A stretch of DNA of 64,000 nucleotides from Oligoflexia bacterium (GTDB taxonomy: Bacteria > Bdellovibrionota > UBA1018), in the NCBI GenBank assembly GCA_903898645.1, contig CAIUGE010000116.1, positions 2,965-66,964 on the forward strand, in the 5' to 3' direction. Position numbers and translations under genes: made by a program. Shown here one piece after another: positions 49,038 through 58,934 of this stretch. Each line of letters starts with the position of its first letter. The first letter of the stretch is position 1. The notes under the pieces are model-generated. The model did not search any database, had not been told where the DNA came from, and saw nothing but the letters and a program-made list of their open reading frames with translations.

Positions 49038-49626
49038 AACTCACCCCAAAATTATCTTTATACGTTGAAAGCACACCTTCAGTCAGATAGGTAACAGACT
49101 CAAACCGAAATGACAAAGGACCATAGGCACGAAAACGAAAACCTACCCCAAGAACACCTGTAAGAGAGGAGCTCCCAGCGTCTGGGAGCGCACTTCCTAC
49201 CACGACACCTGAAACTTGTCGCACCATGCTACCAATACCACATTTAACAAAAGGCTGAAAAGATGCAGCGTACGAGAAAAAATTTTGCACAAGATTGAGC
49301 GACAGAACAGTATCATGGAACGTATTCGATTCATAGGCTGCCCATTTCGTTTCTGTCGTTGCATCAATCCATGCAGCTTCAATTTCACTACGAGAAAAAA
49401 AATTGTACCCAAAACTCACACCATGGCGCCGCACAGAAGAGGTACTTGTAGCGCTATACTTTGTCTCAGAAAGAGAGAAGTTTGCCGATACATCAACTTC
49501 TTGAGCAAAAGCACAAGTAAGACTAATGCTCATCAGCCTTAAGCTGAGACAACTGCTCAATAAGTTTTTGCTTTTCAGCTGCTTCTTTTTTATTGACATA
49601 TGGTTTGTTTGCATCTTGATCAACAA
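49015..49626 (-). CDS. small outer-membrane beta-barrel protein (OmpW/OmpA-barrel-like)
   Basis: Signal peptide and an 8-strand-like amphipathic pattern. The start is uncertain. Confidence 0.4.
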   Translation of the reverse strand: MLIKMQTNHMSIKKKQLKSKNLLSSCLSLRLMSISLTCAFAQEVDVSANFSLSETKYSATSTSSVRRHGVSFGYNFFSRSEIEAAWIDATTETKWAAYESNTFHDTVLSLNLVQNFFSYAASFQPFVKCGIGSMVRQVSGVVVGSALPDAGSSSLTGVLGVGFRFRAYGPLSFRFESVTYLTEGVLSTYKDNFGVSFGLGLLL

Positions 49627-50470
49627 CTCGAATAAATGTTTTTGACTGAGAATTTACCGTTTTTTCTTGAGCAATATCTTTATTGAGCCTATAATCACCG
49701 ACCATCTTGTTAATCCAGTATCCATGAAGCATATCTTCTTCATCTGCATTCTGGACAGGTTTCACACTGGCAGGCACCCTAGCATTTTCAGGAATTTTAT
49801 TCTTTTTCGTCAAAAGAAACTTTTTTCTTTGCCTTTTTTGGATAATCAAAACAGCTTCGTTTTCTTCTTTTTGCGTATAATGCAAGTCAAAGAACCTAGC
49901 TTTCATCGAAGCAATAGAAACAGGCTGAGGAGCAGTTGGAACGACACGAACAACGTGCAAATTGAGATCACTAGCTTCGCCAGGATGCACCGCAACATGA
50001 TTCTTTCCTTCAAAGCGATTCTCAATAGAAGCAGTCCCATCGAGAGAAACAAGCTGCGTTTTTTTTGCATCAGGCTGAAAAAGAACAAGCACTTTCCCTT
50101 GATGAAAGCGCATGCGTGCCGATGGCGTCACAACACGAAACTCTTCCCAATTTGTTCTTGATTCAATCGAAATATCGCCTTTATAGAGAACGATGTCTTC
50201 CTGAGCCAAAGGACTCGTTTTCTTCTCCTGCCCTATCTGGAGAAAACTATTTTTAGCAATAAGGATAACAGGCCCTCGATGGTAGCGAATACGAGCCCAC
50301 CCATCATTCACCGAGACCCAACCACCACAAGCAATAGGAGTTTTTGTAACCTGTGGCACTGCCGTCCTAAAAGGATCCATGACGGTCACATCCCCTGTAA
50401 CATCATCGAGTACCCCACACGGCAAGATATCAGCTTTTGCAATAGCAAGCATGAACAGCCAGAAGATCAT
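49523..50470 (-). CDS. secreted FecR-domain protein
   Basis: A signal peptide is followed by an N-terminal FecR-like beta domain (GDVTVMDPFRTAVPQVTKTPIACGGWVSV ... VLFQPDAKKTQLVSLDGTASIE). The C-terminal ~90 aa are lysine-rich. Confidence 0.45.
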   Translation of the reverse strand: MIFWLFMLAIAKADILPCGVLDDVTGDVTVMDPFRTAVPQVTKTPIACGGWVSVNDGWARIRYHRGPVILIAKNSFLQIGQEKKTSPLAQEDIVLYKGDISIESRTNWEEFRVVTPSARMRFHQGKVLVLFQPDAKKTQLVSLDGTASIENRFEGKNHVAVHPGEASDLNLHVVRVVPTAPQPVSIASMKARFFDLHYTQKEENEAVLIIQKRQRKKFLLTKKNKIPENARVPASVKPVQNADEEDMLHGYWINKMVGDYRLNKDIAQEKTVNSQSKTFIRVVDQDANKPYVNKKEAAEKQKLIEQLSQLKADEH

Positions 50471-51261
50471 TCGTGCGACTCACTTTTTTTGCTCTCTCCA
50501 TTTACCCAGCTCGTCTCCATTGCTCCAGGATGGTGATCAATAAGCTCTTTGAGCCACTCCTGAGCTTTTCCATCATGATTCATTTTTTTCGCAATCAGTG
50601 CCTTCCAAAGTCTCGCCTGGGCATGCAACTCATTCACACGCTGGCTTTCAGGAAATTTTAAAACTTCGTCAAAAAAACCATCTGCCATGGTGAAGTTTTC
50701 AAGCCTATACCACAAAAGACCCGCAATAAGATTGTTCTCGGGCGTCTTATAGAGCTCATTTTCTTCAAGAGAGGTCAGTGCCGTTAAAATAACAGCAGCT
50801 TTCTCATCTTCATGTGACTTCAAATAGGCCATTGCCAAAACATAAAGCTGACCAGGCAAAAGATGCGTTGGCGGCTTATAAGCAATAGAGTCAAGGGTAC
50901 GACCAACTCGACTTCCTGCATCTTTTGTCATCTGAAGTGCATAACGCTCCGTGCTTTTTTGCCCCTCAGTCGTCCGGCAGTCAAAGCGAGCCACCTCAAG
51001 ATCAAGCTTCAACTGCGCATTTTCCTGACGCAAATGTCTGTTGTCATCATCTGCCTGCGCTAACCGCATCGCTTTTTGACGGAAACTCTCATAGGCACTA
51101 GAAAATATGCTCAATGGATTTGGTATATGCAATTTATCTGCAACTGACCCAAAAGATGAGCCCTGGGAAACCTTAAGCCAAAGAAACAAGACCCCCCCAC
51201 CAAGGCAGAGGCCCAGCACAAGGCGTATCCATACCAATGCATGTGCTTTTTTTTGATCCAT
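50467..51261 (-). CDS. membrane-anchored TPR-repeat protein (YbgF/Tol-Pal-associated-like)
   Basis: An N-terminal TM segment and a coiled coil are followed by three TPR-like helical hairpins. Confidence 0.45.
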   Translation of the reverse strand: MDQKKAHALVWIRLVLGLCLGGGVLFLWLKVSQGSSFGSVADKLHIPNPLSIFSSAYESFRQKAMRLAQADDDNRHLRQENAQLKLDLEVARFDCRTTEGQKSTERYALQMTKDAGSRVGRTLDSIAYKPPTHLLPGQLYVLAMAYLKSHEDEKAAVILTALTSLEENELYKTPENNLIAGLLWYRLENFTMADGFFDEVLKFPESQRVNELHAQARLWKALIAKKMNHDGKAQEWLKELIDHHPGAMETSWVNGESKKSESHE

Positions 51262-51346
51262 CGCATCTTGTTGATCGGCAGATACCCTTAAGGACTCAAG
51301 AAAATATATGCGTCAGTACTGACAAAAATAAGGCTCCATGCTATAA

Positions 51347-53032
51347 GTGAGTGTGGAAAAATTCGAAAAGCAATGCATCCAGGCGCTTCAAGCACTCTCT
51401 ATTGATGTAGGCACAAGCCTCGAAATACCCGCTGACAGATCCCATGGAGATTTTGCCTTTGCTTGCTTTCGACTCGCAAAACAGGAAAAATCATCGCCGC
51501 ATACTCAGGCATTACGCTTAGCGTCATCGCTTGTTCTTCCTCCTAGCATTCACGCCCATGCACTTGGTCCCTACCTAAATTTTCAGATTGAGAAAAAAAC
51601 ACTTTTTGAAACAATACTTGGCTCCATTCTCACGACTGCTTATGGCTCACTCCCACCAAAAACAAGAGGCACCTGGATTATCGAGTACAGTTCTCCCAAT
51701 GTGGCAAAGCCACTCAACATTTATCATTTGCGACCAACAGTCCTTGGAGCTGCTCTTGATCGCATTGGGCGCCTACGTGGGTATGATGTTATTTCTCTCA
51801 ATCACCTTGGCGACTGGGGCAAGCAGTATGGTCTGCTAACTGTTGGTTTTCAGATCTACCCTATGCCAGAAAACCCAACTATCCATGACCTTGTTGCGCT
51901 TTACGTCCAGGTGAATCAAGACGCAGTAACTGATCCAACAATTCAAGAACGCGCCCGGCAAGCATTTTGTGATCTTGAAGCAGGAGACCCTCAGATTACA
52001 GCACTCTGGCAAAAATGCGTCACACTCTCATGCGCTTCATTTGAAGCAATGTACGCACGGCTTGGCGTGCACTTCGACTACATTTGGGGCGAGAGCTTTT
52101 ACACACCCATGATACCAAGCCTCGTTGAACTTTTAAAAGCAAAGAGTCTTCTCAAAGAAAGCGATGGAGCATGGGTTGTCCCCGTCACAGATACCACAGG
52201 AAAAGAACTTCCTCCCTGTATGATTCAAAAAAGTGATGGCGCCACTATTTATGCGACACGCGACCTTGCAGCTGCACTCTATCGTTATGAGCGCTTTCAT
52301 TTTGACAGAATGACCTATATCGTTGGCGCAGAACAAAAACTTCATTTTATCCAGATCTTCGATGTCCTCAAACAACTCGAACTACCATTTGCAAAGCATT
52401 GCGAGCATATTCCATTTGGGCTTTATCGCTTTCAGGACTCCAAGATGTCAACACGTCGAGGCAATTTCATTACTCTGGAAGAAGTTTTGGAAGCTGCACA
52501 ACAGCGCGTCTACGAAATTCTCCAAAGCCGACAGGAAGCCCGAGACGATGATGCTGAGGTGGCAGAAATGGTTGCCATAGGCGCCGTTATCTTTCATGAC
52601 CTTGCTGTTGACCCCATTAAAGACATAGACTTTGCACTTGAGCGCGCTATAGATTTTGAAGGCGAAACAGGACCCTACCTCCAGTACGCACACACACGAT
52701 GTCTTGGTATCCTGAAAAAAGCCCAGTTCGTACCAACGTTTGACCCCAGTTATGCAAGCTATTTAGGCACCGACGAAGAACACGCCCTCATACGACATCT
52801 TGGCCTCTACCCACGCACACTCGAACGCACACTGACAACAGCTAAGGCGAGCATTTTAGCTCACTACCTGCTTGATGTCACGCATGCCTTCCATGTTTTC
52901 TACAAACACTGCCATGTTCTAACCGATAACAAAGAATTATCCTATGCGCGCCTCCTTCTTGTGGAAGCAACACGCAAGGTACTTGCACAAGGACTGTCAC
53001 TCCTTGGCATCCCTCTCCCTCACAGAATGTAA
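51347..53032 (+). CDS. argS: arginine--tRNA ligase
   Basis: ArgS N-terminal add-1 domain, class I signature region SSPNVAKPLNIYHLR, and DALR anticodon-binding C-terminus ending ...PHRM. The protein is 561 aa. Confidence 0.9.
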   Translation: MSVEKFEKQCIQALQALSIDVGTSLEIPADRSHGDFAFACFRLAKQEKSSPHTQALRLASSLVLPPSIHAHALGPYLNFQIEKKTLFETILGSILTTAYGSLPPKTRGTWIIEYSSPNVAKPLNIYHLRPTVLGAALDRIGRLRGYDVISLNHLGDWGKQYGLLTVGFQIYPMPENPTIHDLVALYVQVNQDAVTDPTIQERARQAFCDLEAGDPQITALWQKCVTLSCASFEAMYARLGVHFDYIWGESFYTPMIPSLVELLKAKSLLKESDGAWVVPVTDTTGKELPPCMIQKSDGATIYATRDLAAALYRYERFHFDRMTYIVGAEQKLHFIQIFDVLKQLELPFAKHCEHIPFGLYRFQDSKMSTRRGNFITLEEVLEAAQQRVYEILQSRQEARDDDAEVAEMVAIGAVIFHDLAVDPIKDIDFALERAIDFEGETGPYLQYAHTRCLGILKKAQFVPTFDPSYASYLGTDEEHALIRHLGLYPRTLERTLTTAKASILAHYLLDVTHAFHVFYKHCHVLTDNKELSYARLLLVEATRKVLAQGLSLLGIPLPHRM

Positions 53033-53036
53033 TTTT

Positions 53037-53780
53037 TTAACACAGCGATTTAAAGGCGTGTACTGTAGTCTGAGCACTCACATCAGCAATAGATTCGGTC
53101 AATGGAATGTGCTTAGGACAGACTTTGACGCAATTCTGCGCATCACCGCAATCAGCAATCCCGCCTTCTTGCATCATCACATCAAGACGCGCATCTTTTT
53201 CCATAGCGCCAGTTGGATGCGAATTAAACAGCCGAACCTGACTCACTGCCTGTGGACCAATAAAGGGTGATTGTGGCCCATATTGAGGACAAGCCTCAAG
53301 ACAACAACCGCACGTCATGCACTCAGACAATTTATAACGCTCAAGCGCAAGCGTTTGGGAGTATCGAGGCCCTGACCCAAGATCATATGTCCCATCAAGT
53401 GGTATCCATGCCTTCACATCCTTAAGATGGTCAAACATTTTGGCACGATCTGTTATCAAATCTCTCACAACTGGAAATTTCGAAAAAGGCTCAAGCTCAA
53501 TAGGCCATGTCAGGCTATCAACAAGAGCTGAACAAGCCTGCCGAGGCTTTCCGTTAATAATCATCGAGCATGTACCGCAGACTTCCTCTAAACAAGCTGC
53601 CTCCCACGCTGGAGGCGTCACAGCTGTACCATCAGCAGTCACCGGATTTTGACGGAGCTCCATCAGGAGGGCAATAACATTTAGATTCTCACGCCACGCC
53701 ACATGATACGTCTCCCAATAAGGAGCCGTATCGTGAGATAATTGTCGCTTGAGCCGCACTTCAATAACTTTTTCCGCCAT
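53037..53780 (-). CDS. sdhB: succinate dehydrogenase / fumarate reductase iron-sulfur subunit
   Basis: 2Fe-2S residues (CGTCSMIINGKPRQAC), a 4Fe-4S site (CMTCGCCLEACP) and a 3Fe-4S site (CVKVCPKHIP) are present. Confidence 0.9.
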   Translation of the reverse strand: MAEKVIEVRLKRQLSHDTAPYWETYHVAWRENLNVIALLMELRQNPVTADGTAVTPPAWEAACLEEVCGTCSMIINGKPRQACSALVDSLTWPIELEPFSKFPVVRDLITDRAKMFDHLKDVKAWIPLDGTYDLGSGPRYSQTLALERYKLSECMTCGCCLEACPQYGPQSPFIGPQAVSQVRLFNSHPTGAMEKDARLDVMMQEGGIADCGDAQNCVKVCPKHIPLTESIADVSAQTTVHAFKSLC

Positions 53781-53794
53781 GAAATATCCCTTTC

Positions 53795-55591
53795 TTAAGA
53801 TACTTGCTTGTCCACATCATACTTACGCGCCCGAGGCTTGATCAACGATACATCGACAGGCTCATAGGATAACTGTGGCTGCACAGTACCTGCAACACCA
53901 AAAGGTCGCTCAGTTGTCAAAGATATGGGTGAACTCTGCGCTATAGTCGTCTTCAAGAACTCAGCATCATTACGCTCAGGATAATCTGGCTTGTAATGTG
54001 CCCCACGACTTTCATTACGCGCAAGGGCCCCTTCCATAATCACTCTTGCAAGCTGAATCATAGAAAAAAGCTGCCGCGTATAATGAAGCGATTGATTTGT
54101 CCACGCACCTTGATCACGGATACCTATACGGTACCATCTTTCTTCTAACTCCTGAATTTTTGTACGCGTCTGCTCAAGCTTCTGATTATATCGCGTCACA
54201 GTAACGTTTCGCGTCATAATGTCGCCTAACTCTTGACCCAACAAGAAAGGATTCTCTGGTCCACTCATTTTCCGAACATGGTCCGCACGAGCCTCTGCAA
54301 GCTTCACTGCGTTACCAAAAACAGACGCTGGCACTTCCTGCGCATGTCCTTTTGCCCACGCTATCATTGCAGGACCTGCAACCATCCCAGCATAGATACA
54401 CGAAAGAAGACTATTTGCTCCTAAACGATTTGCACCGTGGATTGAGTAATCCACCTCACCTACAGCAAAAAGCCCGGGCATACTTGTCATCTGATCATAA
54501 TCAACCCACAAACCCCCCATGCTATAATGCACAGCAGGAAACACCTTCATAGGCACCTTTGTTGGATCATCACCCATGAATTTTTCGTAAATATCAAGAA
54601 TTGCACCGAGCTTGGTACGCAGCGTTTCAGCCGGAATATGAGACAAGTCCAAGTACACAACAGACTGACCGTTCACTCCCAACTGCATATCATAGACCAC
54701 TTTATGGATGGCACGCGTCGCTATATCCCGAGGCACCAAATTCCCATAAGCAGGGTACATGTCTTCAAGGAAATACCACGGCTTGCCGTCACGCGGCACC
54801 CAAACACGCCCACCCTCGCCACGTGCACTTTCTGACATAAGACGCAACTTGTCTTCACCAGGAATTGCAGTTGGATGGATTTGGATAAACTCACCATTAG
54901 CGTACTTCACACCTTGCAGATAAGCTTCTGCAGCTGCAGCACCAGTGTTAATAATAGAATTTGTCGACTTCCCAAACACCATTCCAGGACCACCTGTTGC
55001 AAGGGCAACAGCTGCCGCCTGAAATGTCCTGACTTCATGTGTATAAATATTTGTTGCAACGATACCAGCACAAACACCATGGTGCGTCACATTCCCAAGA
55101 TATTCCCAGGATTCAAACTTGCGTACTTTGCCATCAACCTCAAACCGCCGAACCTGTTCGTCAAGCGCATAGAGCAATTGCTGCCCTGTAGATGCACCGG
55201 CAAATGCGGTTCTATGATGCTTAGTGCCTCCAAATCGACGAAAATCCAACAACCCTTCTGGCGTGCGACTAAACGGCACGCCCATACGGTCCATCAGATT
55301 AATAATGCCAGGCGCTGCCTCGCACATTTTTTTTACAGGAGGCTGATTCGCCAAGAAGTCACCACCATAAATGGTGTCATCAAAATGAACATCAGGGGAA
55401 TCTCCTTCACCTTTTGTGTTCACAGCACCATTAATACCGCCCTGTGCACACACAGAGTGACTTCTCTTCACTGGCACGACTGAGAAAAGATCAACTGACA
55501 TTCCTGCTTCACATGCCTTGATCGTCGTCATCAACCCGGCGAGACCGCCACCCACAACAATGAATCGCTGTTCTTTCATAGACATTGACAC
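53795..55591 (-). CDS. sdhA: succinate dehydrogenase / fumarate reductase flavoprotein subunit
   Basis: FAD motif VVGGGLAGL, the His-FAD region RSHSVCAQGG, and active-site HYSMGG and RLGANSL motifs are present. The protein is 598 aa. Confidence 0.9.
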   Translation of the reverse strand: MSMSMKEQRFIVVGGGLAGLMTTIKACEAGMSVDLFSVVPVKRSHSVCAQGGINGAVNTKGEGDSPDVHFDDTIYGGDFLANQPPVKKMCEAAPGIINLMDRMGVPFSRTPEGLLDFRRFGGTKHHRTAFAGASTGQQLLYALDEQVRRFEVDGKVRKFESWEYLGNVTHHGVCAGIVATNIYTHEVRTFQAAAVALATGGPGMVFGKSTNSIINTGAAAAEAYLQGVKYANGEFIQIHPTAIPGEDKLRLMSESARGEGGRVWVPRDGKPWYFLEDMYPAYGNLVPRDIATRAIHKVVYDMQLGVNGQSVVYLDLSHIPAETLRTKLGAILDIYEKFMGDDPTKVPMKVFPAVHYSMGGLWVDYDQMTSMPGLFAVGEVDYSIHGANRLGANSLLSCIYAGMVAGPAMIAWAKGHAQEVPASVFGNAVKLAEARADHVRKMSGPENPFLLGQELGDIMTRNVTVTRYNQKLEQTRTKIQELEERWYRIGIRDQGAWTNQSLHYTRQLFSMIQLARVIMEGALARNESRGAHYKPDYPERNDAEFLKTTIAQSSPISLTTERPFGVAGTVQPQLSYEPVDVSLIKPRARKYDVDKQVS

Positions 55592-55619
55592 TACAACTCA
55601 ATGGCTTCTTCTGCAAGTT

Positions 55620-56675
55620 TTACATGCGTCGAAAGGGATTTGATACACCTAGCCATTGCCGCAACTCTGATCGCACCAGCTTTTCGTCCTTATCAAACGC
55701 TAGATAGACATGGCTCAAGCTAAATTGCCTACCCAAACTCCGCCAATCCAAATTGATCATCTGCGTCCATGTCCCCGTATTGAGGTACTGTGTGCCATCA
55801 GGATAGAATCTCTGCACTGGCTGGTGAGTATGCCCAAAAACAATGACCCTTATGGATGCATCCGCATCCAACAGTCTCCGTGCATCTGTTTCCAGATCCT
55901 GAAAAAAATCAAGTTTTTGATGCAGTATTTCAAACATACTCTTGACATGTGTCCATGTTTCAAGGCGCGATTTGAAAAAATAGTACATAGAAAGGAAAAC
56001 AAACTTGGTCGTAAAAACGGTATCTAGAAACATCCCAATAAGCACATATGCTCTCACTGGACGCACCTTGTCGATGATCTCACGCTCCCATCGCAGATGA
56101 TTCACAATCTTGAGCACATAGGTACTTCCCCAAGGCAACTTGAGATACCGTCCCCGAAAAGGAGAAGCGAAATCGAGCCTATGCACAGCTTCAAACTGAT
56201 TCCCATGATGGATCTCAACTTCCCTATACCGCACACGATCTGTATCTGCTATCACCCTTATCCTGGGAGCGTCTGCACCCCACCTGCGACAAATCTCTTC
56301 TCTTACACGGGGGAAAAATAAGTCAGCGTCATGATTGCCAACCAAATAAATAATTGATCGATGTTCCCCCGCTACAAAAAAACGCAATGCGTCCATCACC
56401 TCAGGATGCCCCGCAAAAATAAGCTCCAATTTTTTAACAGCAAGATCCTCTGACACAAGCTCTTCAAACTCGCCATCGATAGCGACGTTCAAAAAATCAA
56501 GAAAATCACCATTGATAAAAAGCTCGACATGATGCGTCGTATTTTTTCCATAGTGTTCTAAAAAATCACACATCTCTTGATCAAAATGGAAATCTTCGTG
56601 CACATTGGAGATCCCCTCATAGATACGCCCCGCCGACAAATGACAGTCGCTGATCACAATTACTATTTTTTCCAC
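55620..56675 (-). CDS. calcineurin-like metallophosphoesterase (cytoplasmic)
   Basis: The motifs DCH (ISDCHLS), GDFLD, GNHD and GHTH are present. Confidence 0.65.
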   Translation of the reverse strand: MEKIVIVISDCHLSAGRIYEGISNVHEDFHFDQEMCDFLEHYGKNTTHHVELFINGDFLDFLNVAIDGEFEELVSEDLAVKKLELIFAGHPEVMDALRFFVAGEHRSIIYLVGNHDADLFFPRVREEICRRWGADAPRIRVIADTDRVRYREVEIHHGNQFEAVHRLDFASPFRGRYLKLPWGSTYVLKIVNHLRWEREIIDKVRPVRAYVLIGMFLDTVFTTKFVFLSMYYFFKSRLETWTHVKSMFEILHQKLDFFQDLETDARRLLDADASIRVIVFGHTHQPVQRFYPDGTQYLNTGTWTQMINLDWRSLGRQFSLSHVYLAFDKDEKLVRSELRQWLGVSNPFRRM

Positions 56676-56692
56676 ATGTTAAGTTTAATATA

Positions 56693-56986
56693 TTGCAGCA
56701 TAAAACCAAGCACTTTTTGCTTGACAAAACCGCTGCTATGCAACAAAAATTAGCCATGGCAGATAAAAAAGCAAGTTGGCCAGATAACGTCCAAGGACCA
56801 TACTTCGTTGACGATCAATGCATTGACTGTGACGCATGCCGCACAGAAGCGCCAGAGGTCTTCACCCGTAATGACAAGCATGGCTATTCTTACGTTCACC
56901 ACCAACCAGTAACTCCGGAAGAAATTAAACGCGCCAAGTCAGCCATCGAAGCATGCCCGGTTGAGGCCATTGGCTGCAAAGACTAG
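56693..56986 (+). CDS. small 4Fe-4S ferredoxin
   Basis: A CIDCDACRTEAP...ACP cysteine pattern. The true start is possibly MADKK at about 56756. Confidence 0.6.
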   Translation: MQHKTKHFLLDKTAAMQQKLAMADKKASWPDNVQGPYFVDDQCIDCDACRTEAPEVFTRNDKHGYSYVHHQPVTPEEIKRAKSAIEACPVEAIGCKD

Positions 56987-57144
56987 TTCCTTTGGCACAA
57001 GATAGAACTAGGGCAAAGCAATAACATAACTCTTGGCAGAGGCATGCGTGGACCTATGCTGCGAGACCGCGAGTTACTTCACCCTCGACTCCTGGATTCA
57101 GTCCTTTCATAGACTCAAAATTCTTGCATCTGCTTCCAACACAT

Positions 57145-57786
57145 TTACAGGGGACCTATAGCTGTCCAATAGAAAGTGTTTGCCAACACGCTACCATTTG
57201 ACGTTTTAACTCCAACGACAAAACTGGTAGCACTCATTGCACCCCACCCTACACCAGCTCCGATGAATTGCGTGGCCCCAGAAATTCCTGGACCCTGATC
57301 GCTTAAAGTTGCAGTTACATTATAAACTGCTGAAGAAAAAGCAATCGGAAAAGTAATAGTAAAGGCAGCATTAGGCGTTCCTGACATCGTACCGTAAGTA
57401 TACGTTCCCCACTGGAGCAGCAATCCACCCGGCAAGGCAGCATACCCATTTGCCGACTTCAAATACTTTCCATTATTACAAGTTATATTTCCGCTTACTG
57501 CAGCATCCCCACTCACATCCAATGTATGCGCGGGCGCTGAACTCCCAATCCCAACTGACCCAGTAGCAAAATAAATGTTTGAAGAGCTCGCTACCCAAGG
57601 ACTACTGACAGTGCTTGACAGAGCGCTCGTGATAGACGCAAAATTACCCATCATCTGACTCGCCGATATAGGACTCCCGGCTGTAAAATTATAAGGCAAT
57701 GTCACTGAAGTAGCATGTGCTGAAAACAAAAAAAAGAAGCACAAAAAGAGCATCATCTTGCTTGCTTTGTCGAGAATATGCATCAT
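57145..57786 (-). CDS. secreted protein with a phage tail-fibre gp53-like C-terminal domain
   Basis: Signal peptide MMLFLCFFFLFSAHA. The N-terminal motif TLPYNFTAGSPISASQMMGNFASI is shared with the gene at 27949. The C-terminal LPGGLLLQWGTYTYG...FTITFPIAFSSAVYNVTATL matches the conserved LPxGLIIQWG...FPxAF tail-fibre domain. Confidence 0.5.
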   Translation of the reverse strand: MMHILDKASKMMLFLCFFFLFSAHATSVTLPYNFTAGSPISASQMMGNFASITSALSSTVSSPWVASSSNIYFATGSVGIGSSAPAHTLDVSGDAAVSGNITCNNGKYLKSANGYAALPGGLLLQWGTYTYGTMSGTPNAAFTITFPIAFSSAVYNVTATLSDQGPGISGATQFIGAGVGWGAMSATSFVVGVKTSNGSVLANTFYWTAIGPL

Positions 57787-57883
57787 TTACCGCACCTCTT
57801 GCCCGCACTGTAACATCCGCCCTCTCTCACATCAAGTTACAACCTAGTACGCACCATGACGCCAGAACCAAAAATAAGACAAC

Positions 57884-58912
57884 CTACTTAAAAGCACCAA
57901 TCTCAGGCTCTCTCTCGAGAGCTTGCATGGCAATCTTCTGCGCAACACGACGAGAAAGACCCAAAAAGATATCGCTGCTAAGCGCTAGTGGAAGCCCACC
58001 TGAACCCATACCTGTCATCAGTGGGTATGCAGCGAGCAACTCACTATTGTACTGCTGGGCCAAAAACACACCTCCACCCTGCCCAAAAAGCATGTGCTTT
58101 TTATCGCACTGATCGCAGATAAAATAGCTCATATTCTCAACAAACCCCAAAACAGGTACTTTGACCTTCTCAAACATATGATAAGCCTTACGTACATCAG
58201 CAACTGCAACTTGTTCTGGAGTTGTCACAAGAACAACACCAGTCACAGGTACAAGCTGCGCAAGCGATAACTGCACATCTCCAGTACCCGGAGGCATATC
58301 CACGACTAAATAATCCAACTCTCCCCATGCCACCTGATAACAGAACTGCTGCACGATACTATGAAGCATAGGACCTCTCCATATGGCAGGCTGATCTGCT
58401 GGCACTAAGAATGCCATCGACATGACCTTAATGCCATGCACCTGTGGAGGGATAAAAACATTATCTTCGAGCACTGGCTGCGGACATGGCCCCAGCATCA
58501 AAGGCACATTTGGCCCATAGACGTCTGCATCCATCAACCCGACACGTGCTCCATCTTTTGCCAGCGATAAAGCTAAACTCACAGCAACAGTACTCTTCCC
58601 TACCCCACCTTTGCCACTTGAGACAGCAATCACATGCCGCACGCCAGGAATCGCGCCCTGCCGCTTTGGAGCCTGCACCCTAGCATCCATCTTAATGACT
58701 GCTTCAGCCCCTAAAGCCTCAATAGCCTGCCGACAATCAGCCTCAATTTTTGCCTTCATCGGACAGGCAGGTGTTGTGAGCTCAACACGAAATGAGACCC
58801 TTGCTCCTTGTACATCAACGTCATGAATCATTCCTAATGTCACAAGATCCTTTTTAAAATCAGGATCAATCACAGTACCGAGTGCCTTAAGTACAGAAAC
58901 TTTGTCAATCAT
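57884..58912 (-). CDS. apbC: Mrp/ApbC/NBP35-family Fe-S cluster carrier ATPase with an N-terminal DUF59/MIP18 domain
   Basis: The deviant Walker A motif SGKGGVGKSTV and a CDQCDKKH CxxC are present. The protein is 342 aa. Confidence 0.85.
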   Translation of the reverse strand: MIDKVSVLKALGTVIDPDFKKDLVTLGMIHDVDVQGARVSFRVELTTPACPMKAKIEADCRQAIEALGAEAVIKMDARVQAPKRQGAIPGVRHVIAVSSGKGGVGKSTVAVSLALSLAKDGARVGLMDADVYGPNVPLMLGPCPQPVLEDNVFIPPQVHGIKVMSMAFLVPADQPAIWRGPMLHSIVQQFCYQVAWGELDYLVVDMPPGTGDVQLSLAQLVPVTGVVLVTTPEQVAVADVRKAYHMFEKVKVPVLGFVENMSYFICDQCDKKHMLFGQGGGVFLAQQYNSELLAAYPLMTGMGSGGLPLALSSDIFLGLSRRVAQKIAMQALEREPEIGAFK

Positions 58913-58934
58913 AGGTCACTCCTAGCATATTTCA

